A stretch of 64,000 nucleotides of DNA. Source: Chrysomallon squamiferum. Its lineage: Eukaryota > Animalia > Mollusca. Positions 19,046 to 33,400 of the stretch are shown piece by piece. Both the position numbers and the translations under genes were made by a program. Numbering within the stretch: position 1 is the stretch's first letter; the number at the start of each line of letters is the position of its first letter. The notes under the pieces were generated by a model that saw only the letters and a list, made by a program, of their open reading frames with translations, was not told the origin of the DNA and did no database searches. Where the stretch lies: NCBI GenBank assembly GCA_012295275.1, contig CM022667.1, positions 13,082,001-13,146,000 of the forward strand, read 5' to 3'.

Positions 19046-19262
19046 AATAAAAACAATATGGTGTGTTTTTCAATATTTATATCCACGAAATGACGTCATA
19101 GTAAAAAGTTAAAATGTCAGCCTATATTCATCGTGTTCACGAGCTTAGAAAAAATATTTTAATAAGAAATAATCTGTTATAAAATATAAGTATTTGGGCT
19201 ATTGGATTCGTACAATCAAAGACTCACTTAACTAAAATAAAATAAAATAAAATAAAATAAAA

Positions 19263-19293
<31 letters not shown>

Positions 19294-19294
19294 T

Positions 19295-19348
<54 letters not shown>

Positions 19349-19396
19349 TAAACAACCTAAAAAAAAATAAAATAAATAAAAATAAATAAGTAAATA

Positions 19397-19452
<56 letters not shown>

Positions 19453-20116
19453 TAATAACAATAACAATAACGATTAACAATAAACAAAAAACAAAAAAAA
19501 AATAAATAAATAAATAAAATAAAGTAAAATAAATAAAAAAAAAACTAAATAAATACCTGTTTCTTGGAAACTCTACACTACCAAACACTTCATTATTCAG
19601 ATTATCTATATATAACCGTAAAATCCTGCTTCAGATTATGATTAATAACACAATGATTACACCAGAGAATGCCTACATCCGCCCGCAGGGGGAAATGACT
19701 ATAAATAACATAAACTAAATACATACACACTGCATGCAGGAATAGATGGTCAGTTCTAACTATACTTTTCATTACTTTGTCAATACGTTTTGCCACCCGC
19801 ACCCCCACAGAGAAATCCCATGCGGAGGGTAAGGGTGACTGTTTGTGATAGTAAATGCAGTATAATGGCGATACCTGGACAAAGTACGCGTTCTCTGCAC
19901 CTTTTCCTCACTTTCGTCCTGCTTATGCCGTAGCAGGACTCTCCGCCAAACACGGGTTTCGGGTTGTCGCATTTTCTCTTCTTCTCGACCACCATGACGC
20001 CCAGTCCACACTTGTTGCTGCAGTTTCTGACAACTGTCACAGCCCATCTGCCCCACCCGCCGTTTTCTTGTGTAATAACAATAATAATAATAGTAATAAT
20101 ATTATTAATAATAATC

Positions 20117-20166
<50 letters not shown>

Positions 20167-20183
20167 TAATAATAAAAATAATC

Positions 20184-20241
<58 letters not shown>

Positions 20242-20911
20242 GAGCGATAATATTTAATAATAATGATGATGATGATGATGATAATAGCAGTAATAATAAC
20301 AACAGCGATGATAATACTACTACTACTAATGACTATGATGATAATAATAATAATAGTAATAAAAAGAACAACGACGATGATGATGATAATAATGATGATG
20401 ATGATAATAATAATAATCATAGTAATAAAAAGAACAACGACGATCATGATAATAATAATGATGATGATGATGTTGATGATGATGATAACAGTAAGAGTAA
20501 TAGCAACAGCAATACCACCACCAACACCACCATCACCACCATCAACAGCGACAACAACAATATCAAGTCGTTTTTGACAATGATGATTATGATGATGATG
20601 ATGATGATTATGACGATAGTAATAATTATAAACATTTTCAATTGACTGTACAATAATGAACTTTTTCAGTCACGGATATTCTGTTTACGTCATGGATTGT
20701 ATAGCATCTTCGATCACGTGACCTTTCTGCTTCAATCAGATTAATCTGTGAAACACACTGGCAAAACGATTTCAAAATTGGAAAATATTGGATTTCACTC
20801 TAAGCGCTCCATTTGATGTTCACAAGTAAAACTAATAATAAAACTACGACTGATGCAATGACTAGCACTTAAAACAACAACAACGAGAAGAAGAAGAAGA
20901 AGAAGAAGAAG

Positions 20912-20944
<33 letters not shown>

Positions 20945-21536
20945 AAAGAAAAATAAGAAAAATATGTAGAAAACGAAAAATAAAAACAGGAAGGAGAAGA
21001 AGAAGATGTTGATGACGATGACCTTGTTGAACAAGAAAAAAAAACACTGATGAATGAGTGACTGCATAAATTATTTAGTAAGCGAGTGAGTGAGTGAGTG
21101 AGTGAGTGAGTAAGTTAGTGAACGAACCAAAGGTTATCTGTACTGGAGACACACACACAGACATACCAGGACAAGGCAGAATTCCGCAGAACATGTTTTT
21201 GACTTGGGGTTTCTCGGTGAAGCACCACGGGTAACCCACGTTGTTCGGGTCGCGACAGAAGTTCTCTGCGTCCGTCACTGATCCGTCCGGGAAATTTGCT
21301 TTTCTGGACAAATAATGTGTGTCCCACCTCACACAGGCCAGTCCCGACCCCGTGGTCCGCTTCGTGCCCCTGTACGCTGTGTGCAGTTTGAAACACTCCT
21401 CTGAAGAGAGACGGGACAAACATGTTGTACGTGAACGTTAGTATAATATAATGAAAGAATGAATGAATGAATGAATGAATGAAAAACAAAAATGAAAAGA
21501 TTAATGAATAAATATATATGTGTGTAAGTAAGCAGG

Positions 21537-21624
<88 letters not shown>

Positions 21625-24455
21625 CAATAATAATAATAATAATAACCCAAACACAGACACATAAATATAAAAAGAATAGACATTCAAAATAAATAAATAA
21701 ACAAACAAACAAACAAACAAACAAACAAACAAACAAACAAATAACAAAACATTTGTAATATTCAGCTACTTTCAGTAAGTCTTAAATGAATAACTGAATT
21801 TACTGGTTTTCTAAACTGGTCAATTAAAAAAAAAAAAATTCTCTGACTGAGCTCTATGTATTTCACAACAATAACACAAAAGATTTCTCTAAACTTCTAA
21901 ACTCAATGCCAACAACAGACATTCTCTCCTCTGATACCTCGGATCCAAACATTCTACAAAATAACATACAGAACAAAAAAAAAAACTTTCATTATTTTTC
22001 TCGGATTTGCAGCTAGAGACTGGATTCTACATCTTCTGCTGGTTCTGTTGTAAGTGATAGCCCACAGAGACACTGGATGTCAAAGGAAAAGGACTGTTTC
22101 TATCCTTGTCAGAATGTTTTTTTTTTTTTAACGTAAGAATTAAGAAACCCCACCACAAACCTTGACATTCTCTGATGGGACATTTCTCCCACTTGGTGTC
22201 TGGGTCTGTGGTGTAGCACCACAGGTAGCCAGCGCCATCTGGATCGCGGCAGAAGTTCACAGCGGCAGACAGAGATTCGTCAGGAAAATCGTCCGGGTTG
22301 GTGTTGTTGTGTTTGTGAGGAAACTGCGAGTCCCATCTCTGACACGTTTTCTTCGATTCCGTCCTGTCGATCCTGCCCTCGTACACAGCGAACCCGTGTT
22401 TCAGTCTGTAGCACGGCGGCTCTGAATTAGGTCAAAACAAAGGGAGGTAATGAATGAGATTAAAACCCGAATTTTCAGTGAATGATTAAAACAAAGGGAA
22501 GTAATGAACGGCGGCGATGAATTAGGTCAAAACAAAGGGAGGTAATGAATGAGATTAAAACAGAGGGAAGTAATGAATTAGATTAAATCAAAGGGAAGTA
22601 ATGAATTAGATTAAAACAAAGGGAAGTAATGAATTAGATTAAAACAAAGGGAAGTAATGAATTAGATTAAAACAAAGGGAAGTAATGAATTAGATTAAAA
22701 CAAAGGGAAGTAATGAATGAGATTAAAACAAAGGCAAGTAATGTAATAGAATATCATAGATTATAAGCACATAGTCTGGTGGTTCCCAATCTTTATTAAT
22801 TTTTTTTTTTTTTTTTGGAATTCGTGTCCCATATCAGTCCTCCAAGATTCTGATGCCCGCTTTATTTTTATTTTTATTTTTATTTTATTTTCATTATTAC
22901 CATGAGACATAGTCTGAAATATCCGAACTGTTAATTCTCTTCGGAACCAGTAAGGAAAGAAACTCTGTCACACACCGGCTCACTCTTTATCAAAGTTTGT
23001 ACTCACCATCGCAGGGAGGAATTCCGCACAGCATCCATCTCACTTTGGGATTGGTGGTGTAGCACCACGGATGTCCGCTTCCGTCAGGGTCGTTGCAGTA
23101 GTTTTCTATTCCGTTCATTATGGGAGGGTGTCTGTGCGGCCAGTTGTCCGCCCACCTCTGACAGGCCACGCCCGTCCACGTGGTGTTCTTCCTGCCCGTG
23201 TAGACGACAAGACTGTTGACAAGCCTGAAGCAGTCATCTAGTCAAAGTATCACAGAACGTTTGTAACGTTGATCTAACATTCAAGGTGTTTGTAACGTTA
23301 TCTTACATTCACTGTGTTTGTAGCGTTAATCTAACATTCACGGTGTTTGTAACGTTATCTTACATTCACGGTGTTTGTAACGTTATCTTACATTCACGGT
23401 GTTTGTAACGTTAATCTTACATTCACGGTGTTTGTAACGTTATCTTACATTCACACTGTAATACCAGAACGTCTACTTCTTTGTGGTTACTGCTAGTTCT
23501 GCTACCACTACGATTTCAATACTGCTACTAATACGACTGATGTAATTATTACTTTTAGTATTACTGCTGCTAATGTGACACAAAGGGATGGGAAAATATG
23601 TATGTGTCTGTCTGTCTGTATCTGTGTGTGTTTGTGTGTGTGTTTGTGTGTGTGTTTGTGTTTGTGTTTGTGTGCGTGTTTGTATGTTAGTTCTTAGGTT
23701 TCTTGTGTTTGGCGTGTTGCTGTATGTATTCTGACACCTAAAAACACACACGCATACACACACGCCCATAGATATACACATACATAAATACACCGATACA
23801 AATACACTCACATATTCACACAAACAAACATGACAGACACGTACACACACACACACACAGACAAGCATGCTCTGCAGCCAGCACGTGAACACATTTGGCA
23901 AAATATATAAAATATATATATATATATATTTTTTTTCTTATTATACTTACGTCCGCACCGAGGAACCCCGCACATCATCCACCTGACACTGGGGTCCGTC
24001 GTGTAGCACCACGGGTACCCGGTGCCGTCTGGGTCGCGACAGAAGTTTCCCGCGTCCTCTACGCTGTCGTCTGGGAAGGTGAAGGTCGTCGTGTCATTCA
24101 TCACGTGATGGTGCGGTGACTGGGAGTCCCATCTCTGACACGCTGTGCCGTAAACGGTTGTGTTCTTGTTGCCAATATAAACAACACGGTCTTTGAGGAC
24201 TTTGTAGCAGTATTCTGGAGCAAAAGGTTGTAGAATGAATGCATGCATGCGGTTCAGTGCATTTATTGATAATAAATAATCACAAGTCAAAAACAACGAG
24301 GAAACGTAAGAAAATAAGGAATAATGTAAGTTAATAAATGTAGAAAGACATCGACGGTAAATAAAAAAGAGTTAGCTGAAATATACGCAGAATTCCTAGT
24401 TGCTCACATTTAGTATTTAAAAATAAGTGAATAGATCGTATATATTCTTAAACAG

Positions 24456-24516
<61 letters not shown>

Positions 24517-24651
24517 GTAGTGGTAGTAGTAGTAGAAGTAGAAGTAATAATAATAATAATAAAGAAACAAGGAAAGATCAAGATTATAATCATAATACTA
24601 GTGAATGAAAGAAAAATGGAAACAGAAAATCTGCGAAACACGATCTAATAC

Positions 24652-24728
<77 letters not shown>

Positions 24729-24997
24729 AGTAAGTTATGAATTGTCAGTTTTACCTGTGTTATCTCTATCAGATGAAAGTGTTATTTTGGCTCGAGCTTT
24801 TTCTGAAATTGTGTGTAAACTAAATAAATAAATAAATAAATATATAAATAAATGATTAAAGAAATAAAGAAAGGGAAACTGAAAAGCGAAGCTGATTATT
24901 TATTGCGTGTACAAACTGTTTTTGTTGTTGACATACAAAACATACCAGTAGCTTTCAGTAACTCCCAAATGACCAGCAAGCACAACACAGTTTTCAT
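16715..24997 (-). CDS. Gene D: type-I membrane protein, signal peptide - 4 kringles - 2 TSP1 - TM - cytoplasmic 18-aa repeats (10 coding exons, ~661 aa)
   Basis: Exons 24997-24946 (MKTVLCLLVIWELLKAT), 24802-24755 (linker), kringles 24214-23951, 23237-23007, 22421-22161, 21400-21167 (each CxRW..N[FY]C[RN]DP..[PL]WC[YF]T..C....C), TSP1 20066-19875 (GGWGRW..CSNKCG..RKCDNPKPVFGGESC) and 18392-18198 (GGWSVW..CSSSCG..RVCNKPP), TM 17802-17715 (VPLVVLSVIATSVVSLIVY-RK), tail 17135-16715 (TAA). GT-AG introns, phase 1 throughout then phase 2; 1986 nt, no stops. Confidence 0.88.
22432..22742. repeat. Intronic minisatellite, 28-bp unit GATTAAAACAAAGGGAAGTAATGAATTA
   Basis: About 10 tandem, near-identical copies adjoining the acceptor of kringle-3 exon of gene D. 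Confidence 0.9.
23257..23456. repeat. Intronic minisatellite, 28-29-bp unit GTGTTTGTAACGTTATCTTACATTCACG
   Basis: About 7 tandem copies adjoining the acceptor of kringle-2 exon of gene D. Confidence 0.9.
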
Positions 24998-25065
24998 TGA
25001 AATGTAACTAGAAAAAAAAGAGAATATATATATATAGACATACATACATCATAAACCAAAATGTA

Positions 25066-25128
<63 letters not shown>

Positions 25129-25386
25129 AAGAAGAAGAAGAAGAAATAAATAAATAAATACGTAAATAAATAGGTAATGAAATCTAAAGGTTGTGCTTGA
25201 TATAACATTATTTTCCTGCTAGCGTCGAAATAATAAATGAAAACAAATTAAAATTTATATCGCAGATGCAATTACGTACCTTGAAAGGCCACATCGGCTT
25301 GTCTTTTTCTTTCTTTCTTCTTCTTCTTTTTTTTTCTTTCAAGTCACGTTAGCTAAATAATAAATGATTCATTTTCCTCTTCTGCT

Positions 25387-25417
25387 TGACGTCACCGGAA
25401 AACTTTATATGACGTCA
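25387..25417 (-). promoter_or_regulatory. Putative core promoter of gene D: CRE - TATAAA - CRE
   Basis: Minus strand reads TGACGTCA-TATAAA-GTTTTCCGG-TGACGTCA, ~110-135 nt upstream of a donor (AAG|gtacgt at 25280) that can splice to the acceptor just before the gene D ATG. Confidence 0.5.
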
Positions 25418-26521
25418 CATAATAGATCCATAATCGCGCCATTTCTTTCTTGAAATTAGTATAGTAATTCTTTTTTTTTCTTTTTTTTTTTCTTTTGAAA
25501 GAAATTATTGGTTTTGAAAAAGGTATTAGGAACAATATTTTTCAAGGTTGAAGTTCAGCTGTAATAAATATATTATTTATTGCGATGTATCTCCTTCCGA
25601 ATGTCGTAAAAGTTCGGATAAGAAGCATTGTTCTGTAACCATTGGCAACGACAATATCGCTGGCAGGAACACCTTGTAAAAACATTTGTTATCTAATGCA
25701 AATAAGTTTCACTTTGATGTTTTGAAGGTAAGTTTTATTTATTTATTTATTTATTTCATTTTCATTACATTATAGTCAAATTCTTGTCTTATATAAACAA
25801 ATGCATATGGTCTCATTCAAACACGAACGGAGGACGTAAACATGACGTAATAATTATGCTCGGGAAGATGATGCAGTTTCGTGATATCAAAGATTCGGCA
25901 AAACAAAAAAAAACAAAAAACAAAACAAAATGCAGTATTTGGATACAGATTAATTCATAACAGAAACAGTTAGCTAAGAGGACATTTTTAATAAATTACT
26001 GCAAATCTTTGTAGGGGAGAGGTTAACCGAAATAATTCGCGTATTAATTTCCTTTGCCAGCTCATATTAAAAATTAACTTTTTGTTGGTTCCACGATACT
26101 TTCTTCTTTCTTCTTCTTCTTCTTCTTCTTCTTCTTCTTCTTCTTCTTCTTCTATTATTATTTTTTTTTTTTTTACTAAGTTAATATATATATATATATA
26201 GTAATTTATTGGAAGACAGTTTTGTTATGAAATCATAATACAAATTGAATACAGTAAAAACTTGGCACGATGTTTCAATTATTTCCGTTAATTTTTATGT
26301 TTTATAAACTTCTGTTATCTGTAATAAATAATAATAAAAAAATAATAATAATAAATGGACGAATGAAAGAGCGAATATATCAATAAATATATCAGTAAAT
26401 AATCAAAGAACATTTTGGAAGACACTTTCTTATTATCTATAAAATATACATTCAGTTTCATTGTATTTACATATATATATATACACTAAATTATAAATAA
26501 AGATACTTTAAAAATACGTTC

Positions 26522-26664
<143 letters not shown>

Positions 26665-26877
26665 CAATAATAAATTAACAATTATATCTTTTTATTCTTT
26701 ATTTTCTCTTTTACTATATACAGTATTTACATTAAAGCTTATTTGGGATTATTTGGGATTATATATATATATATGTACATTAACGAATTCACATTTTTCA
26801 TCTCGCAGTCTGTATTTATATAAAGAAAAAAAATCAATGAATTGTTACCATATCGGGCACATTATTTATTTATTTTA

Positions 26878-26934
<57 letters not shown>

Positions 26935-27889
26935 TAATTTTTTTTTCATTACATTAAATGAACGGCTAAAAATAAAATGACAGTCGTTGAAGATTATATC
27001 TAATACTATTACAAAAACCACGACAAGATTGGCTGTTTCTATTATGACAATACACACACAAAGATTAGTAATAATTGGCGCATATTCAAAATAATAATAA
27101 ACCCGCAAGTCTTTTGAATTAATGCCAGAATGGTTAAGCCTTATTTATTTATTTATTTAACTTCTACATCAAAGTTTTCACATTTTACACCTGGCAGTCT
27201 GTACCTACGAAGCAGCATATATATAAATATATATATACACCGGAGACACCAACAAACATTTGTTTCAGTATAGTCACAAGTAATAACATATACGTCAGGG
27301 TTCAGTTATTGCTTTTGTTATGAGAATTACTAGCGTGCTTGTTAGGGAGTCTGTGAAGCAGGATGTGCATTGCGTAAGACGTAACAGATGAACTGTGATT
27401 CCTTTGCTAATGGATGAATTGTGTAATTCAGATTATAACATGAGATATAATAGATGAATTTTGATATATTTTTTTGTTCTCAGTTGCTGAATCGTAAAAA
27501 TTCAGACCCGCACCATTAGATGACAGAAATGAAGTAATGTGGTTCCATTGTTAATGGAAAGAGAGTCTGTTAAGTGATGATGATGAGGATGATTATGATG
27601 CTATCTAATAATAAACAACCATAGTTGTATAACCAGGATTCCTTCGCTAATGGCTGAAGTGTTCAATTCAGACATCAGAATATCTCGATGCTGAGTTGTA
27701 CAACATAAGAATTGTATAATTCAGACTCGAATCGAAACATTTTATATACAAATTGTGATTCTTCTTTTAAGTTACAGAAATATATGATTCACACTTATAC
27801 CATGAGAAGTAACTGGTGAATTGTATAAGTCACACTTATGCCATTAGACGTAACTGTATATAATTCAGACTTAAACGATAAGACGTAAC

Positions 27890-28830
27890 TGATGAACTGT
27901 ATAATTCCGTATTACACCATGAATCTGATGAACGTCTCTAATTCGCTTATAACTGATGAACTGTATAATTCTGTCTTATACCATACGACGTATAACTGAT
28001 GAACTGTATAATTCTGTCTTATACCATGAGACGTATAACTGATGAACTGTATAATTCTGTCTTATACCATGAGACGTATAACTGATGAAATGTATAATTC
28101 TGTCTTATACCATGAGACGTATAACTGATGAACTGTATAATTGTCTTATACCATGAGACGTATAACTGATGAATTGTATAACTGATGAACTGTATAATTC
28201 TGTCTTATACCATGAGACGTATAACTGATGAACTGTATAATTCTGTCTTATACCATGAGATGTATAACTGATGAATTGTATAATTCTGTCTTATACCATG
28301 AGACGTATAACTGATGAACTGTATAATTCTGTCTTATATCTGATGAATTGTATAATTCTGTCTTATATCTGACAAATTGTATAATTCTGTCTTATGCCAT
28401 GAGACGTATAATTGATGAACTGTATAATTCTGTCTTATACCGTGAGACGTATAACTGATGAACTGTATAATTCCGTACTACACCATGTAATCTGATGAAC
28501 GTGTCTAATTCGCTTATACCGTGAGAGGTATAACTGATGAACTGTATAATTCTGCTTTATACCATGAGACGTATAACTGATGAATTGTATAATTCTGTCT
28601 TATACCATGAGACGTATAACTGATGAATTGTATAATTCTGTCTTATAACTGATGAATTGTATAATTCTGTCTTATAACTTATGAATTGTATAATTCTGTC
28701 TTATACCATGAGACGTATAACTGATGAACTGTATAATTCTGTATTACACCATGTAATCTGATGAACGTGTCTAATTCGCTTATACCACGAGACGTATAAC
28801 TGATGAACTGTATAATTCTGTCTTATACCA
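27890..28830. repeat. 43-bp minisatellite (GTATAACTGATGAACTGTATAATTCTGTCTTATACCATGAGAC) just 3' of gene E stop
   Basis: Roughly 20 full or truncated units; variant block (acaccatg..atctgatgaacgt.tctaattcgcttata) recurs near 27913, 28480, 28746; degenerate copies extend left to ~27375. Confidence 0.92.
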
Positions 28831-28865
28831 CGAACCGTGTAATTCAGACTTTACGACCACGAGAC

Positions 28866-30436
28866 CTAACTGACGACGTCCGGCCCATCAATCGTTTGGC
28901 TGAACGTGAATGTCTTCACGCTCGTCGTTTTACTTGCGGTCTCTTCTTGACCCACGCTGGTCTCGTTTTCGGTTTTGCACGTCTGGCAGGTGACGCTCGA
29001 CGACCCCGTTTCTTCGGTAACCTCGGTCTCCATAGCCGACGTGAACTCGTTGTTGTCCAGCACGTTCTGCTCGTCGTCAGCGGGATGCTGTTTGTGCATC
29101 ATCACCGTCAATCGATCGGTTAACTCTCCCACTCGTTTTATCAGAGGTTGCGGAGACGAGCGCACGCGCTCGCTCAGGTGGCTCAGGCTTTTCTTGTACG
29201 GTTCAAACTGAACGTGCAGGTCGTTCTTTAGAGTTTTCCCTTGACGATTCAGTTTGATTTTTCTGCGTGTAGAAATGGACACGGTGAAGAGAATTTAGTC
29301 ACTTTATTAAGTAGCATTAGTATTAGTTTTAGTAGTGGTAGTAGTAGTGGTGGTGGTGGTAGTAGTAGTGGTAGTAGTAGTAGTAGTAGTAGTAGTAATA
29401 GTAAATTAACAACAAATACGACGACAACAACAATGATGATGAAAAAAGAACGATATTAACAACTAAATGAATAAATTAAGTAACAACAATTAAAAAAGAA
29501 ACAAATGACGATGATGATGATGATGATGACAAAAACAACGACTATAACAGCAATAAGAACAAGATGAAGAAGAAGAAAAAGAAGAAGAAGAAAAAAAGAA
29601 GAGGATGAAGCAGAACAAAAAGAAGAAGAAGAAGAAAGACATTTTTAAAAAGATTAGAGGAAGATGAAATTAAGGATCATAAAATCTAGATAATGACTCT
29701 CCAAGTTTAGAAAAAATAAAAATTAAACTACAGTAATAACAAGCAGAAGAAAAGAAATAACGAAATCAAATAAATAAATAAATAAATTAACTATAGATTT
29801 ATTTACCTGAGTATAAGTAAAATTACGACCACAATAACCAGGAGTCCGAAAACGGTGAGTCCCACTATTAAAATGATTCTGGCTAGAGCTGAAGATTCTG
29901 AAAGGTAAAATTCTGAAAGGTAACAGAACAGAATTTAGGTATATTAAAAAAAAAAAAAAAATTAATAATAATAATTATAACGAAAAATTAAATGCAGAAA
30001 ATTAGTAATAATTAAAAAAAAAAAAAAAAAAAAAAAATTAATTAAAAATTTAAAAGAAAAAATAAAGAAAATTAAAAAAGAAGAAATGAGAGAAAAATAA
30101 ACAGACAACCCCCCCCCAAAAAAAACCCACCAACAACAACAAACAAACAAACAAATAAAAAAAAAAAAAAAAAAAAGATAACTACAACAAAAATAATAAT
30201 AATAATAATAATTACCAGGACAGGTAATTCCAGTGTAACAGGACTTGATGAACGTCATGTTGGATGAACCGACACACTTGCGTCCAGCAAACACTGGCGC
30301 CGGGTTATCACACGTCCTCGTCTTGTGAAAAACTGAACCAGTTCCGCAAGTGGTGCTGCACTGAGTCTTTTCTCCGCTCACCCACAAGCTCCACGCACCG
30401 TGAACTGCAAAAGTAAATCCATGATATATATATATA

Positions 30437-30491
<55 letters not shown>

Positions 30492-33400
30492 GCTGTTGTT
30501 TTATTGTTGCTGCTGCTTATTTCGTCATAGTAGTAGTAATAGACGCCGTCATCATCATCATCATCATCATCATAATCGACATCATCATCATTATGTGTAT
30601 AATCGTTATCATCGTCATCGTCACCGCAATTATATTTATTCATTTTATATATATATATATATATATAAATGAATAAATATATATATGGCGATTATGATGA
30701 TGATGATGATAATGACGGCGTCTATTACTACTACTACGACGAAATAAGCAGCAACAACAATAAAACAACAGCTATAGTAATAATAATAATAATAAAAATA
30801 ATAATAATGATGATGATGATGATTATGATGATATCTAATAATAAACAACCATAGTCTGGTCTGGTATGAGAAAGTTTATAAATACTTGAACAGACACATC
30901 CGAACTGAGTACACAGTAGATTAATTTGTACAGTCAGTATTATTTTCCAGGCAAAAGAAGACTAGTTTTAATATCACGATGTATGGAGATAACAAAATGG
31001 CCCTGTAAACTGACTTCTCTTGGGACGCGTTTACCTCGGAATCACAGCATTTAGTGTAAGTACTAACAACAAGAAAGATAACTCGAATTCCGGTTTACCT
31101 GTGCACGGAAATATCCCACATATCATGGTCGGTATTTCCGGATCCATCGTGATGCAGTATGGGTAACCAGTTTTATCCGGGTCACGACAGAAATTCTCTG
31201 ACCTGGAGATGGAACCGTATGGAAAGAGGTCTGGGTTGGTTTTGTCGTGTACATTCGGACTCTGTTTGTCCCATCTCTGACAGCTGATTCCGGTGATGGT
31301 GGTTTTCTTAGTCCCCTTGTATACAGAGTCGTCCGGGCTTTGCGTGAAGCAGTCGTCTGCAGATATTGTTCAGAAGGAAAACACTTTGAAAGTGATTTAA
31401 ATATTCGAAAGACGTCGTAATAACGAAACAACCCAATATAACGATACGGCAGGAACTGCGGCAGCACAAAAATCAACACAACACCATAACAAATACAACG
31501 ACAAACTAATTAACTAACTAACTAACTAACTAAATAAATAAATAAATAACAAGTAAAATATAGATTCTATAAAAACAATTAACCGTGACTTAATACAATA
31601 TATTCCTTCGACTACTACAAGCACCGCCACTTGCAATTACAAACAACAGTAATAATAATAATAACAACAACAACAGCAGCAAAACACCACAATAACAATA
31701 ACAATAATAGAGGGGAAAAAAAAAATAAGTAAATAAAAAAAACAGAATGTCATATAGGAATCAGAATCTACACAATCACGCACACACACACATGCACTCA
31801 CACGCATACGGCAGCACAGAAAATTCTATGACCTGCAATAACGTTACAGAGAAACCTGTACTTAGTTGCAAGACAAACCTATACACTTGGGCACGTCGCA
31901 CATTCTCCAGCTAACTGACGGGTTTCTCGTGTAGCACCAGGGGAATCCCGTGCTGTCAGGGTCGCGGCAGTAGTTGTGCACCTCGGACAAAGACGTGACA
32001 GAGAAGTCGGCGGGATTCGTGGCGAAATGCCGGTGGGGAAACTGCTTGTCCCATCTCTGACATTTTTCCTTTTTGATGGTTTTGCTCATGGTTCCATTAT
32101 ACACAGCTTTGCCGTTGACCACCGTGTAACACTGCGGTTCTTAATAAATAAATAAATTAAATAAATAAATAAATAAATAAATAATAAAGGTTTTCATCTT
32201 ATATACAGATCGTTAAATGTTTGACAATTTTCCCTTGTGAAGAAAGAAACATTTAGGTCTATGTTAATTATAAATATCGTTTAAAATGATGATTAAAATA
32301 TACCTATGGCTGCATAAACGGTCTCCGAGTTATTATTTTATTGTTTCGATCGGCCTGTCATCACCACACATATAACAAAGTATGACAATAAAATAATAAT
32401 GCTATGAAATATCGAACGTCGCCATTTTACTCTTTACACTCGGAATCGTGACGTCATCGCGTGTACAACGGACTGATACCTGAATTTATATTTTTCTGAC
32501 GGAAGAAGAAACTGTGTAGCAAATATACGAGATGACGTCATTACAGAAAAATAATTATTATTTTGTTGTTATAGAAAACAAATAAAATATAAATTGGAAG
32601 AAAGCAGTGAACTGTCACAGACCTAATATGTTATTTTTATTTCTAAATGATAATGAAGTATAACAACAAACCAGTACAAATTAAAAATATCTGGCTGCTG
32701 CAAAGTTTCTGTACTTGTGACGTAATCGCATACAGAATGGATCTACTTCCACGTAATGAAAACACGACTCTAACAATAGTAAAATGGCTTTCAAGTAGTT
32801 TGTAAAGGTACTGTGTTATTTACCAAAAACCTCTCATAGGCACAGATTAACGTGAACGACTCAGTCTCTGAAGCTGTATTCGCAAAATTGTTGATTTAGT
32901 ACGACATTCCTTTCATACCACATTTGGTCAACAGTAGTCTACCCACACACGGACATCTAGATGCATTCACACACTTAACTCGCAAATACATACAGAAACA
33001 GAAGCTCACAGACATGCACCCACAGACATTCGCGAACACGTACGTATAAAAAGAAAACAAACACTCACATACACACTCTCACGCACGCAGAAACTTACAA
33101 ACACTCGTATAAACACACCAACATAGACACTCGCAAACATTCTCGCATACACACACAACACATACAGCAACAACTACACAACTGCAACGAGAACACCATA
33201 ACAACTGAGGACTATAATCAAACCACACAAACTTTCGCATGGCGCGATTCCGCAGGCCATCCAGCGAATTTTCGGATCGGTTGTGAAGCACCATGGGAAG
33301 CCTTTGTCATCAGGGTCACGACAGAAGTTTTCAGCAGCAGAGAGTTTCTCGTCAGGAAAATCAGTGGCTCTGTATTTGATTTTGTGAGTGTGGGGCGACT

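Noticed and set aside
22777-22860. Possible hAT/Charlie terminus (ggtggttcccaatcttt)
   Set aside because: Only a partial resemblance to one end; no matching second TIR or 8-bp TSD found.
27890-28830. CRISPR-like regular repeat
   Set aside because: Head-to-tail units with no unique spacers, no cas genes, eukaryotic context; it is a minisatellite.
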